64,000 nt of DNA from Octopus sinensis (Eukaryota), in the NCBI RefSeq assembly GCF_006345805.1, contig NC_042997.1, forward strand, positions 183,086,001-183,150,000, given 5' to 3'. Below the pieces are notes generated by a model that was given only the letters and a program-made list of their open reading frames with translations, did no database searches and was not told the DNA's origin. Positions 53,201-64,000 of the stretch are shown piece after piece; position 1 is the first letter of the stretch; every line of letters starts with the position of its first letter. Both the position numbers and the translations under genes were made by a program.

Positions 53201-54190
53201 GTAAGTGACTAGGTGGCTGGTAGGTTCCTGAAGTTAGTGTTGCAAATCATAAGATTATTTGCATCGCAGAACTCCAGCAGCCTGGTTCCCTCCTCGTTGC
53301 GGGAGCCATAGCCATAGCCTCCATGTACGCCATGGAAGCCCCCAGCATGTCGTCCAACGTGACCATTGAAGTCACCAGCCTCAAAGATAAGGTCTCTGTC
53401 GTTCGTCAACGAGGTAGTCTGCAGTAGAGTGTCATAGAATCGGTCTTTCTGTCCATCGGGTAGCCCCGACTGAGGAGCATAGGCTGATATAATGGTTGCT
53501 AAACTATGATGAAGCACTAATAATCTTAAGTTCTGTCACATACTCTGATTACCTCAATTACTTTATCTACCCATTTCTCAGCGATAAGTATACCCACGCC
53601 ACCAACCCCGTCAGTGTTCCCTGCCCAGAAAATCTTGTACCTGCGTTCCTTGCCTGTGAGGAACCTAGCTGATCCTCCTCTCCACCTTATTTCTTGCATG
53701 CAACATATATCCACACATCTCCGTTCAAGCATCTCGACTATCTCACCAGACCTACCTTTCAGAGTGCCAACGTTGAGGGTGCCAACCCTGAGGGTGGGGA
53801 AGCATGGGCTCTAGAGACCCTGGGACGGTGGACAGTAGCTCGTGTACCTGAAAAGAAAGCTCGCATTTGGCAGAATTCATGTGCAAGAAATGAAGTAGTA
53901 AAGTAGCCTTCAGTACAACCTGCATAACGCTAGCCTTTCATATTTTGCACTGTATGAACATTACCTTACATAGGTCGAGACTAGGGGTAGGAGGGGTAGG
54001 GATGGTGAGAACATTTGCAGTCTTCATGGGAGGCAACCCCGGAATGGCAGAGAATAGGAACTTCCGGCATGCGTGGTGGGGGGGGGAGGGCGGGTGCTGC
54101 ACGTGTCTGAGTAAAGAGGTTCTGTTAATCGTATGAGCTAGCAAATGGGTTTGTATGAATCGGGAGACAACACTAACGAAAATTGAAAAA
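50208..54190 (-). mobile_element. near full-length RTE-clade LINE (APE plus RT), frameshifted
   Basis: APE: VDICCMQEIRWRG..GVGILIAEKW, ISAYAPQ, GDFNGHVG; RT: LAFVDMEKAFDRVP, GVHQGSVLSPLL, ELLYADDL, FRYLG; 3' UTR with internal tandem duplications and (GAT)n tail. Confidence 0.95.
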
Positions 54191-55706
54191 TATATATGTA
54201 TATATGTGTATATATGTATTATATGGTATATATGTATTATATGTGTATATATGTATTATATGTGTATATATGTATTATATGTGTATATATTGTATTATAT
54301 GTATATATATATGTATTATATGTATATATATATATGTATTATATGTATATATATATATGTATTATATGTATATATATATATGTATATATATATGTATTAT
54401 ATGTATATATATATGTATTATATGTATATATATATGTATTATATGTATATATATATATGTATTATATGTATATATATATGTATTATATGTATATATATAT
54501 ATATGTATTATATGTATATATATATATATGTATTATATGTATATATATATATATGTATTATATGTATATATATATATGTATTATATGTATATATATATGT
54601 ATTATATGTATATATATATATGTATATATGTATTATATGTATATATATATATGTATATATGTATTATATGTATATATATATGTATTATATGTATATATGT
54701 ATTATATGTATATATGTGTTTATATGTATATATATATATGTATTATATGTATATATATATATATGTATATATGTATATATATATATGGATTATATGTATA
54801 TATATATATGTAGATTATTGTATATAATATATATATGTATATATGTATATATATATATGTATTATATGTATATATATATATGTATTATATGTATATATAT
54901 ATATATGTATTATATGTATATGTATATATATGTATTATATGTATATGTATATATATGTATTATATGTATATATATATATATATGTATTATATGTATATGT
55001 ATATATATGTATTATATGTATATATATATATATGTATTATATGTATATATATATATATGTATTATATGTATATATATATATATGTATTATATGTATATAT
55101 ATGTATATGGCGTTAGGAAGGGCATCCAGCCGTAGAAACACTGCCAGTTTGACTGCTCCTGATGAAGCTTTCTGGCTTCACAGATCCCAGTAGAACTGTC
55201 CAACCCATGCTAGCATGGAAAACGGACGCTAAACGATGATGATGATATATATATGTATTATATGTATGTATATAATAATATGTATGTATATATATATGTA
55301 TATATATATGTATTATATGTATGTATATATATGTATTATATGTATGTATATATATATGTATTATATGTATGTATATATATATGTATTATATGTATGTATA
55401 TATATGTATTATATGTATGTATATATATATATTATATGTATGTATATATATATATATGTATGTATGTATATATATATATATGTATGTATGTATATATATA
55501 TATTTATATGTATGTATGTATATATATATATTTATATGTATGTATGTATATATATATATTTATATGTATGTATGTATATATATATATTATATGTATGTAT
55601 GTATATATATATATTTATATGTATGTATATATATATATTATATGTATGTATATATAATATGTATGTATATATATATATGTATGTATATATATATATATAT
55701 GTATAT
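54190..55706. repeat. compound satellite block, homolog of 47400-50207, with an embedded RTE 3' fragment at 55109-55246
   Basis: Same order of motifs as the left block. Confidence 0.9.
55109..55246 (+). mobile_element. 138-bp RTE 3' end, copy 2
   Basis: 135/138 identical to 49073-49210, same truncation junction. Confidence 0.9.
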
Positions 55707-56502
55707 ATACTAAGCAATAAGGGTTTAGCAACGAATTGCCTTACCACATACCGAATTTAGAAATAGCAGTCAAAGGGTTATAGCTATTTCTTCTACTAAA
55801 AAAGGAGATCTCAGTAAAAACAGCAATTGGAAGGCTGACACAAACAGGTAAGAGAGAATGAATTAACTGCAATCTATCAAACATTTTTAAAGTTATCTAC
55901 GGACGTACGTTTCGAAATCAAGTTTTTAGGAAAGCATAAGAATTAAATATTAATATTAAATAATTCTATCTTACCGAAACTTCTTTCTCTTCAGCGTAGA
56001 ATACTATAATCATAAATGATTATATATTGAATTTTGAGATACTAGGAGGCACCAACTCAACTCAGTATCAGAGCGAGCTAGAATCCGCAACTAGTATCAC
56101 CGAATTCAAATTTGTGAATGAAACGATTGTGTCAACAGCCCCTTCCCACCCGCGTGTAGCCAAAACAAGATGCTGTGGTCATCTACTGAGATAAAATATG
56201 GTTATCCGTAATAATGAAGGTGAAATTAATTAATTTGGAATAATTATCAATTACACCAAGTAGTCTTCGGCATGTAAAAGCCTCATTCGAGGAAAATTTA
56301 AGTAATACTAAGCAATAAGGGTTTAGCAACGAATTGCCTTACCACATACCGAATTTAGAATAGCAGTCAAAGGGTTATAGCTATTTCTTCTACAAAAGGG
56401 AGATCTCAGTAAAAACAGCAATTGGAAGGCTGACACAAACAGGTAAGAGAGAATGAATTAACTGCATTATTCAAATTAATTAATTCACCCTTCATTATTA
56501 CG
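55707..56502 (-). mobile_element. non-coding Penelope pLTR-like/retrozyme-like element: 598-bp unit in partial tandem plus a short inverted segment
   Basis: Direct repeats 55707-55871 and 56305-56466; 56466-56502 is an inverted copy of about 56204-56241; contains a hammerhead. Confidence 0.75.
55896..56000 (-). ncRNA. type I hammerhead ribozyme with intact core and extended stem II
   Basis: P1 UCUACG/CGUAGA; CUGAAGA; P2 closed by GAAA/UUUC around a 74-nt multi-helix domain; GAA; palindromic P3 ACGUACGU; GUC cleavage triplet (cut between 55902 and 55901). Confidence 0.85.
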
Positions 56503-56508
56503 TATATG

Positions 56509-56543
<35 letters not shown>

Positions 56544-56626
56544 TATGTATGTATGTATGTATGTATTATATGTATGTGTATATATATGTATGTATGTATG
56601 TATATATATATGTATGTATGTATGTA

Positions 56627-56659
<33 letters not shown>

Positions 56660-56906
56660 ATATGTATGATGTATATATGTATGTATGTATATATGTATGT
56701 ATGTATATAGTATGTATGTATATATATATGTATGTATGTATATATATATGTAAGGTATTATATGTATGTATTGTATTATATATTATGTATGTATATATAT
56801 TATATGTATTATATATAGTATGTATGTATATATGTATGTATGTATGTAGTTGTATATATGTATGTATGTATATATGTATGTATGTATATATGTATGTATG
56901 TAGTAT

Positions 56907-56942
<36 letters not shown>

Positions 56943-57170
56943 TATGTATTGTATATATTATATATATGTATGTAGTATATATATATGTATATATATATAT
57001 GTATGTATATATATATATATGTAATATATATATATGTATGTATATATATATGTATGTGTATATATATATGTGTATGTATGTATGTATATATATATGTATA
57101 TGTATGTATGTATATATATATGTATATGTATGTATGTATATATATATGTATGTGTATGTATGTAATATAT
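56503..57170. repeat. (TATG)n/(TA)n satellite
   Basis: Directly visible. Confidence 0.95.
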
Positions 57171-57477
57171 GTGATCACCGTGATCGACCAGGCTATCTGA
57201 TGTTGCTACACATCGCTGGTCACAATGTGCTTCGCATTGTTTTAGCCTTCAAATGACGCCACCCCGCTGGCTAAGCGAGCAGGCCAACAGAAGAAAGAGT
57301 GAGAGAAAGTTGTGGCGAAAGAGTACAGCAGGGATCGCCAGCACCCCCTGCCGGAGCCTCGTGGAGCTTTAGATGTTTCCGCTCAATAAACACTCACAAC
57401 GCCCGGTCTGGGAATCGAAACCACGATCCTACGACCATGAGTCCGCTACTGTAACCACTAGGCCATTGCGCCTCCAC
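57171..57477 (-). mobile_element. family B-head SINE with a third type of 3' tail
   Basis: Head and body as in 8193-8580; tail GTGATCACCGTGATCGACCAGGCTATCTGATG...GCAGGCCAACAG is unrelated to the other tails. Confidence 0.88.
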
Positions 57478-57501
57478 ATGTATGTATGTATGTATGTATG
57501 T

Positions 57502-57540
<39 letters not shown>

Positions 57541-57551
57541 ATATATGTATG

Positions 57552-57599
<48 letters not shown>

Positions 57600-57605
57600 T
57601 GTATG

Positions 57606-57685
<80 letters not shown>

Positions 57686-57921
57686 GTATGTATGTATATA
57701 TATGTATGTATGTATATATATGTATGTATGTATATATATGTATGTATGTATATATATATATGTATGTATATATATATATGTATGTATATATATATATGTA
57801 TGTATATATATATATGTATGTGTATATATGTATGTATGTATATATATATATGTATGTATGTATATATATATATGATTATGTATATAATATATATGTATGT
57901 ATGATATATATATATGTATGT

Positions 57922-57962
<41 letters not shown>

Positions 57963-58018
57963 TATGTATGTATATATATATATGTATGTATATATATATG
58001 TATGTATGTATATATATG

Positions 58019-58050
<32 letters not shown>

Positions 58051-58072
58051 TGTATATATATATATATGTATG

Positions 58073-58108
<36 letters not shown>

Positions 58109-58113
58109 TATGT

Positions 58114-58154
<41 letters not shown>

Positions 58155-58400
58155 TATATGTATATATATATATGTATGTATATATGTATGTATATATATA
58201 TGTATGTATATATATATGTATGTATATATATATGTATGTGTATATATATGTATGTGTATATATATATATGTATGTGTATATATATATATGTATGTGTATA
58301 TATATATATGTATGTGTATATATTATATATGTATGTATATATATTATATATGTATGTATATATATTATATATGTATGTATATATATATTATATATATTAC
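57478..58400. repeat. (TATG)n/(TA)n satellite
   Basis: Directly visible. Confidence 0.95.
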
Positions 58401-59204
58401 GCTACATCTAGGCATATCAATAAACAATTCAATTTGAAATAGAATATTCTATTTCTTTACCTTACAACAAAGGTAAATATTTTTGTTTCCTTTGTAATAG
58501 TGAAATGTTTTTTATCCTGTTCTCAAAGAAACCTCTTGTAAACACATTTATAGAACACATTTATTGTTGCAAACATTGGCAGAAACGTACCTTTAGTTCC
58601 TATAGTTGATTTCAACCTTTGACTGTCTTGTTACATTGCACTTCCTCTAAATATATCTACTTCCATTCCTTTAAGCTATATTCTAATTTATCTATTGCTC
58701 TATATCTCTCCACTGTTGGTTTTCTGTCAGTTTCTTTCTTTCTCCTATTTCCATAAACTACCTTTGATGTTATATCTACTGACGGTTTAAAAAAAAAAGT
58801 TGACAGCATTCCCTTCATCATATACACAGTCATCACATTCTGTTAAAATGTCTTATTGATGTGTTTGGTTTCTTTCTTTCCCTGATGATAAGATTGCATT
58901 GTTTTACACCATTTTATTCATTCTGGAATAATACCAATGTTGTCTTTGAAACATGTTGGAAGTAAGACAATTTGAATAACACCTGCGTTTAACTCTATTT
59001 ATTTATCTATATTATACAAAACATTTTCCTAAACCTGGAGTTTTTATCTTTATACATAGGCTGTTACATCCTTGTTACTTAGGTGAATTCTTGCTACCTT
59101 GGTAACTGTTTATTTTTTTCCATGTTATTTGTAAACACTGGAAGAAAAGCAGACATACATTTATATATATATATATAATGTATATATGTATATGTATGTA
59201 TATA

Positions 59205-60179
59205 TGTACTGTTGTGTCTGGGGAGAGTCATTTTCTTTTTGTGCCTTATAATTTAACACACTCCTCCGGTAAAATTTCCACTTATTTCTTATTTTTATTT
59301 TCCTAAAATTTTTGTTGCGTCTTGCAACCTTTTCAATAGTCTTGACTCTGTCCGTTATAAATATATATGTATATTTATATATATATTTATATGTGTGTAT
59401 ATATATGTGTATATGTTTATATATATGTATGCATGTGTATGTATATGTATGTATATAGGGGGAAAGTAAGAAAAATAGACGAAAATGCACATTGTAAAAA
59501 GTCTTTTTATGCAAGGTAATGAAAAATATATACAATTTTGATGACCTGAGGTAGGAATAAAAGTAATAAAAGTCATTATTGTGAAATTATTAAAGAGATT
59601 CAAGCATACTGGTTTCGTAAGTTACTAATCATTGCTTTGAATACAACTATTCATTGGTTTGAATGCACACTGATTAATGGATGGTGTCAGGTCTAATAGT
59701 TCCTGAGAAAAAAGATTATTTGTAAGTGAGGTAAGTGGTTCTGGATTTGGTGCAGTTAGGTTAGATATAGAATTGTAATGTGAATGATGTAAGGGATGTA
59801 TGGGAGTTAGAGGTATTAATTGTAAGGTTAGTAGTGTTCTGTATTATGTTATGTGTTCATATTTAGTTGGGGAAGATATTTATTGATGAAAGTTACCTCT
59901 TTATTCATTCTTTGTTGCATTGAGGTGTTCTGTGAACATTGATAAAAGGGGAAAATTTGGAAATTAGGATTAAGATTCCTAGCACACCTTTCTATGTGTT
60001 CACCAACCTGTAACTGTCTGTATTGTGGGTGGCAGATTTGTTCTTTGTGGATAGTGGTTCTTCGACGGAGTGATATCCCTGTTTGGCTAATATAGTTGCC
60101 TCAGAAAATCTAATCTATGCCATGACATGCTTAGGATGTGGTAACAACTATTCATCCCTTACACCATTCACATTACAGT
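59205..60179 (-). mobile_element. Penelope-like 3' fragment with an inverted 5' piece
   Basis: Minus strand NYISQTGISLRRRTTIHKEQICHPQYRQLQVGEHIERC...FPFYQ...NKYLPQLN* (about 60098-59850); plus strand ASENLIYAMTCLGCGNNY (60098-60151). Confidence 0.85.
59303..59339 (-). ncRNA. minimal hammerhead variant (U3-A8 core), probably inactivated by G12A
   Basis: CUA UUGAAAA G GUUGC-AAGAC-GCAAC AAA AAUU U UAG. Confidence 0.5.
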
Positions 60180-60419
60180 AATTTTTCATTTTGGTGATGA
60201 TAGTCTCTTTTAATCTGAAGATGATGATGATATGCTGTCAATGTCACATATCTGAAGATGTTGATCTGCAGCTTTCATGGTGATGCAGACCTGAGATGGA
60301 ACTAGTTCATACTGAGGCTAATTGTTGAGTGAAACAACTTTGATGCATTTCAGAATTTGTCAATAATTGATTGTTAGTGGTTTCTTGATGTGCCATGACT
60401 GCTTTGCCATCAGCAAATA

Positions 60420-61730
60420 CAAGGAGGTATCCAAATGTAACTGGAAATGTTCTCTGTGGGTCAAGCCCATTATAGTTCAGGCGTCCACCACTAGAAGCCA
60501 CTTGATGTGACCTCCAGGCAGCAGTCTGCCAACCGGTGTTGTTGACTAATGTTGTACTGCCACGTGGTGCATCTTTGTTTTGCAGTGCTTCTCATCTGTT
60601 CATCGATTTCTGTGATGGCTGAAATGAAGGAACAGCATACCTCCCTGAAATTCTGTTTTCTGCTGAGGAAAATGGCAACCAAAATAGTTGTCATGCTTCA
60701 AACAGCTTACAAAGATGCTGCCATGAGCAAAACACAAGTTTACAAGTGGTTTTCATTCTTTAGGAATGGTGAGTTGTTGCTTGAAGACCAACCTTGTTCA
60801 GGGTGACTGTTGACCTGCTAAACGAATGAAAACATCATGAAAATTCATGAACTGATCTTAGAGGACCATTGCTGAACAGTTGACAAACTTGTTGATATGA
60901 CTGGTGTGTCCTGGAGCTCCTGCCAATGAATTCTGAGCAAGGAATTGTGAATGAAAAGTGCTGCAGCAAAATTGGTTTTGTGCCTTGCTTGCTCACAGAA
61001 CTTAAAAAAACAGTAACAAGTGAATGTGTGTCGTGAACTGAAAGAACAGTTGCAAGTTGATCTGGACTTTTTATATGTAGGTCATCACTGGTGATAAATT
61101 CTGCTGCTACGGCTATGACCTGGAAATCAAGTCAATGGAAGCATTCAATGTCACCATGCCCCCAAAAAGTGTCAAGTCCAATGTCAAGATGATGCTGATT
61201 TGTTTCATTGATGTGAAAGGAATTGTCCACACAAAATTTGTTCTTCCTGGTCAAATTGTTTACCAGATATTTACTTGGCAGTTCTGATGTGTTTGCAAGA
61301 TGTGGTGAGGTTAAAATGCCACGACCTGTGGAAAAGTAGAGTGTTGTAGTTTCATCATGACAATGCACCTGTGCATATTGCCTTGAGTGTGAGACAATTT
61401 TTTTGACCAAAAGTGGCATGACCCCACTTATCTTCCCTATTTGCCTGATCTTGCTCCTTGCAACTTTTTTTTTGTTCCCCTGAATGCAAAAAGTCCCCAA
61501 AGGAAAACGTTTTGCAGATGTAGAAAAGGTGAAGAAAAAAACAACAGAGGTGTTAAAAAAAGCATCACTTCACATGAGTCCCAGGACTGCTTCAAACAGT
61601 GGAATACTCGTCTGGACCAATGCATTGCTTCAATTGTAGAATACTTTGAAGGCGATAAAAGTATAAACATATAAAGCTAAGTGAATACAATAATATTGCA
61701 AAATTCCAGTTTCTTTTGGGTACTCCTTGA
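60420..61730 (+). mobile_element. full-length decayed mariner (about 1.31 kb)
   Basis: TA-flanked imperfect TIRs CAAGGAGGTATCCAAATGTAACTGGAA and TTCCAGTTTCTTTTGGGTACTCCTTGA; MAEMKEQHTSLKFCF...KTQVYKWF, ITGDK, HHDNAP, PDLAPCNFF. Confidence 0.9.
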
Positions 61731-62099
61731 TAGTGCTTCTTCGATAAATTTTTGGGGATTCTTGAGTATATTGAAAAGTGACAAAAGTCGCAGGGAGACT
61801 AGTCCAGATAGCATTAAACTGATTTCATTTTCTTCTTCATTACCATCATTTGTTTGAGAGAGTTAGTTGATACATCTCCCTTGTGATGTTCTTTATATTC
61901 TAGCTAAAAGGAAACTATCAATCTAAAGGTCCAGTTTCAAGTGATGTGACTATTATTAATATTTTGGTAGATACAGTTGAGCAAACTACCTTTGCTGTTT
62001 AAATACATTCTGTTGTTGATTTTACCTTTTATCTCTTCAGAGTCAGAAACATTGAATGCACATATTCAACAAATTTGCGGCCTTATGCCAAACTTAAAA

Positions 62100-62310
62100 T
62101 CATTATTGGATTGCATGTCGGACAAAATGCTTAGCAGTATTTCTCCTGCCTCTTTGGCAGTTCAAAAGCTGCTGAAGTTGACTTTGCATTTCATCCTTTC
62201 AGGATTGATAAAATAAGTACCAGTCAAATACTGGGGTTGATGTAATCAACTTGATTGACTTAGCACCTTCCTTCAAAATTGCTGGCTTTGTGCTAAAATT
62301 AGAAAGAATT
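62100..62310 (+). mobile_element. family A SINE, CpG-decayed
   Basis: CAAAATGCTTAGCAGTATTTC...GACTTTGCATTTCATCCTTTCAGGATTGATAAAATAAGTACCAGTC. Confidence 0.75.
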
Positions 62311-62538
62311 TTAGAATGCTCTTAAATGGTTATTTATGAGAAGCTCATTTGTATTTTTTCAGTTTCTTCATTTCACTCTTTATTTCTTTGTTTCATTTTT
62401 TATAGTCAGCCTCATCTAATTGTGCACAATTATGGAATAAATTTATCCATTTCTGTGCTTTGATCATTTGTCAAAAATTAAAACACGTTTGACCTCAATA
62501 GTGCACAAACTAATATATATATATATATATATATATAT

Positions 62539-62932
62539 GGATGGATGGAAGCACTCCGTCGGTTATGACGATGAGGGTTCCGGTTGATCCGAATCAACGG
62601 AACAGCCTGCTCGTGAAATTAACGTGTAAGTGGCTGAGCACTCCACAGACACGTGCACCCTTAACGTAGTTCTTGGGGATATTCAGCGTGACACAGAGAG
62701 TGACAAGGCCGGCCCCTTGAAATACAGGTACAACAGAAACAGGAAGTAAGAGTGAGAGAAAGTTGTGGTGAAAGAGTACAGCAGGGATCACCACCATCCC
62801 CTGCTGGAGCCTCGTGGAGCTTTTTAGGTGTTTTTTCGCTCAATAAACACTCACAACGCCTGGTCTGGGAATCGAAACCGCGATCCTATGACCGCGAGTC
62901 CGCTGCCCTAACCACTGGGCCATTGCGCCTCC
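62539..62932 (-). mobile_element. family B SINE, young copy
   Basis: Nearly identical to 8193-8580 along its whole length. Confidence 0.9.
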
Positions 62933-63696
62933 ATATATATATATATATATATGTATATATAGATGTATTACTTTCCAGTAAAATAAAGCCCCATATATAT
63001 ATATATAAATTAGAGAAAAAACCCACTATTATGCAATTCAAACAATGATAGACATAAACCGAATCATAAATAAACAATAAAATATATTTTTATAAAACAT
63101 ATAACTAGATCACAGAATGTTTAAAAATGAATAATATATGATAAGAAAAAATATTGTTTAACTATATTTGCTTATTTATTTAACTATTATTGTTAACCTG
63201 AAGAGTGACTATAATTTTAAATTGAATTGATTTTCGATTAAATTAAAATTTTATTGTAATTCAAAACGTACGTAGTTTTTTCTTATATATTGATTATTCA
63301 TTTTCATACTTTTTGTGATCTAGTTATATGTTTTATGAAAATATATTTTAGTTTTTATTTATGATTTAGTTTATGTCTATCATTGTTTGAATTGCATAAT
63401 AGTGTTTTTTTCTCTAATTCATATTGTGAAATTTGATTTAATACTAAATTGAATTTTTCCCTGTAAGTTTGGAGTTATACTCCCTAATATATATAATGGT
63501 ACACATGCTTTTCTCAATCTATTCTCCTTCTCGCTGGACTTTTTCCTCTTTCTGATGGTCACACCCACTCTTTTTTCCATTTCAAATTTTCTTTGTGTCA
63601 ATCTAATATATTTACTGTGTATGTCCTTTTGATTTTTGTTTTTCCTGTTTTTATTATTGATTTGCCTATATATCTATATATACGGGTGTGTGCATG

Positions 63697-63729
<33 letters not shown>

Positions 63730-64000
63730 CTGTATATTTATATAAAATTTACTGATCGGCTATTGAATTTATATTGGAGTTTTTTTTTCACTATTTAGTT
63801 ACTATTGTATCTGCAAATCATATTCAAGTTTTTCAAAATAAATAAATGAAAAGTCTTGTATTAAACATGTTCATCTCATCTTTGAGGTGTTTGTTGATGA
63901 CGGATTATATCTTACAGCATGATTCACTTTACATTAGAAGAATGGGCAAATTTGAAAATTTCATTACTGGTTCATTTTATGGTGTAGACTTAGATTTCTT

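Noticed and set aside
53900-54190. HDV-like ribozyme expected at RTE 5' ends
   Set aside because: Only a CCGGAA/TTCCGG hairpin was found; the nested double pseudoknot could not be assembled by eye.
56255-56292. Second hammerhead-like motif on the minus strand (CGAAUGA-GGC...GCC-GAAG)
   Set aside because: Stem II and GAA are present, but the core lacks U4/G5, position 15.1 is G, and no stem III/NUH or stem I partner could be found.
47023-58442. Long ORFs up to 438 aa composed of Y/I/M/C/V
   Set aside because: Translations of stop-free (TA)n/(TATG)n satellites in several frames; no evidence of coding function.

Overview
AT-rich, microsatellite-dense eukaryotic (animal) genomic DNA. The SINE, RTE and Penelope repeat families look like those of octopus/coleoid cephalopods; this is inferred from family resemblance, not from a database search. 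No intact conventional cellular CDS, true tRNA/rRNA gene or CRISPR array can be supported, and almost all long ORFs in the supplied track are translations of (TA)n/(TATG)n microsatellites or of decayed transposons. The window is a mosaic of tRNA-derived SINEs, RTE and CR1-group LINE fragments (including one near full-length RTE), several mariner/Tc1 relics, TTAA and TGAA MITEs, Penelope-like (GIY-YIG) fragments and Helitron remnants. Main highlights: (1) a Helitron-type relic at 3.0-4.3 kb with an OTU domain upstream of, and a previously unnoticed USP/C19-like domain downstream of, a PIF1 helicase C-terminus; (2) several hammerhead ribozyme motifs in Penelope-type repeats, including one with a perfect core and an unusually long 74-nt stem II domain (55896-56000, minus strand) and minimal variants with U4C or U3-A8 cores; (3) two Helitron-type STPR (23-aa repeat) DNA-binding exons with canonical splice sites on the plus strand, inside a CpG-depleted, probably methylated gene body that begins near 18-21 kb; (4) a near full-length RTE flanked by a kb-scale direct duplication. 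All coordinates and alignments were read by eye, so boundaries of decayed elements are approximate.
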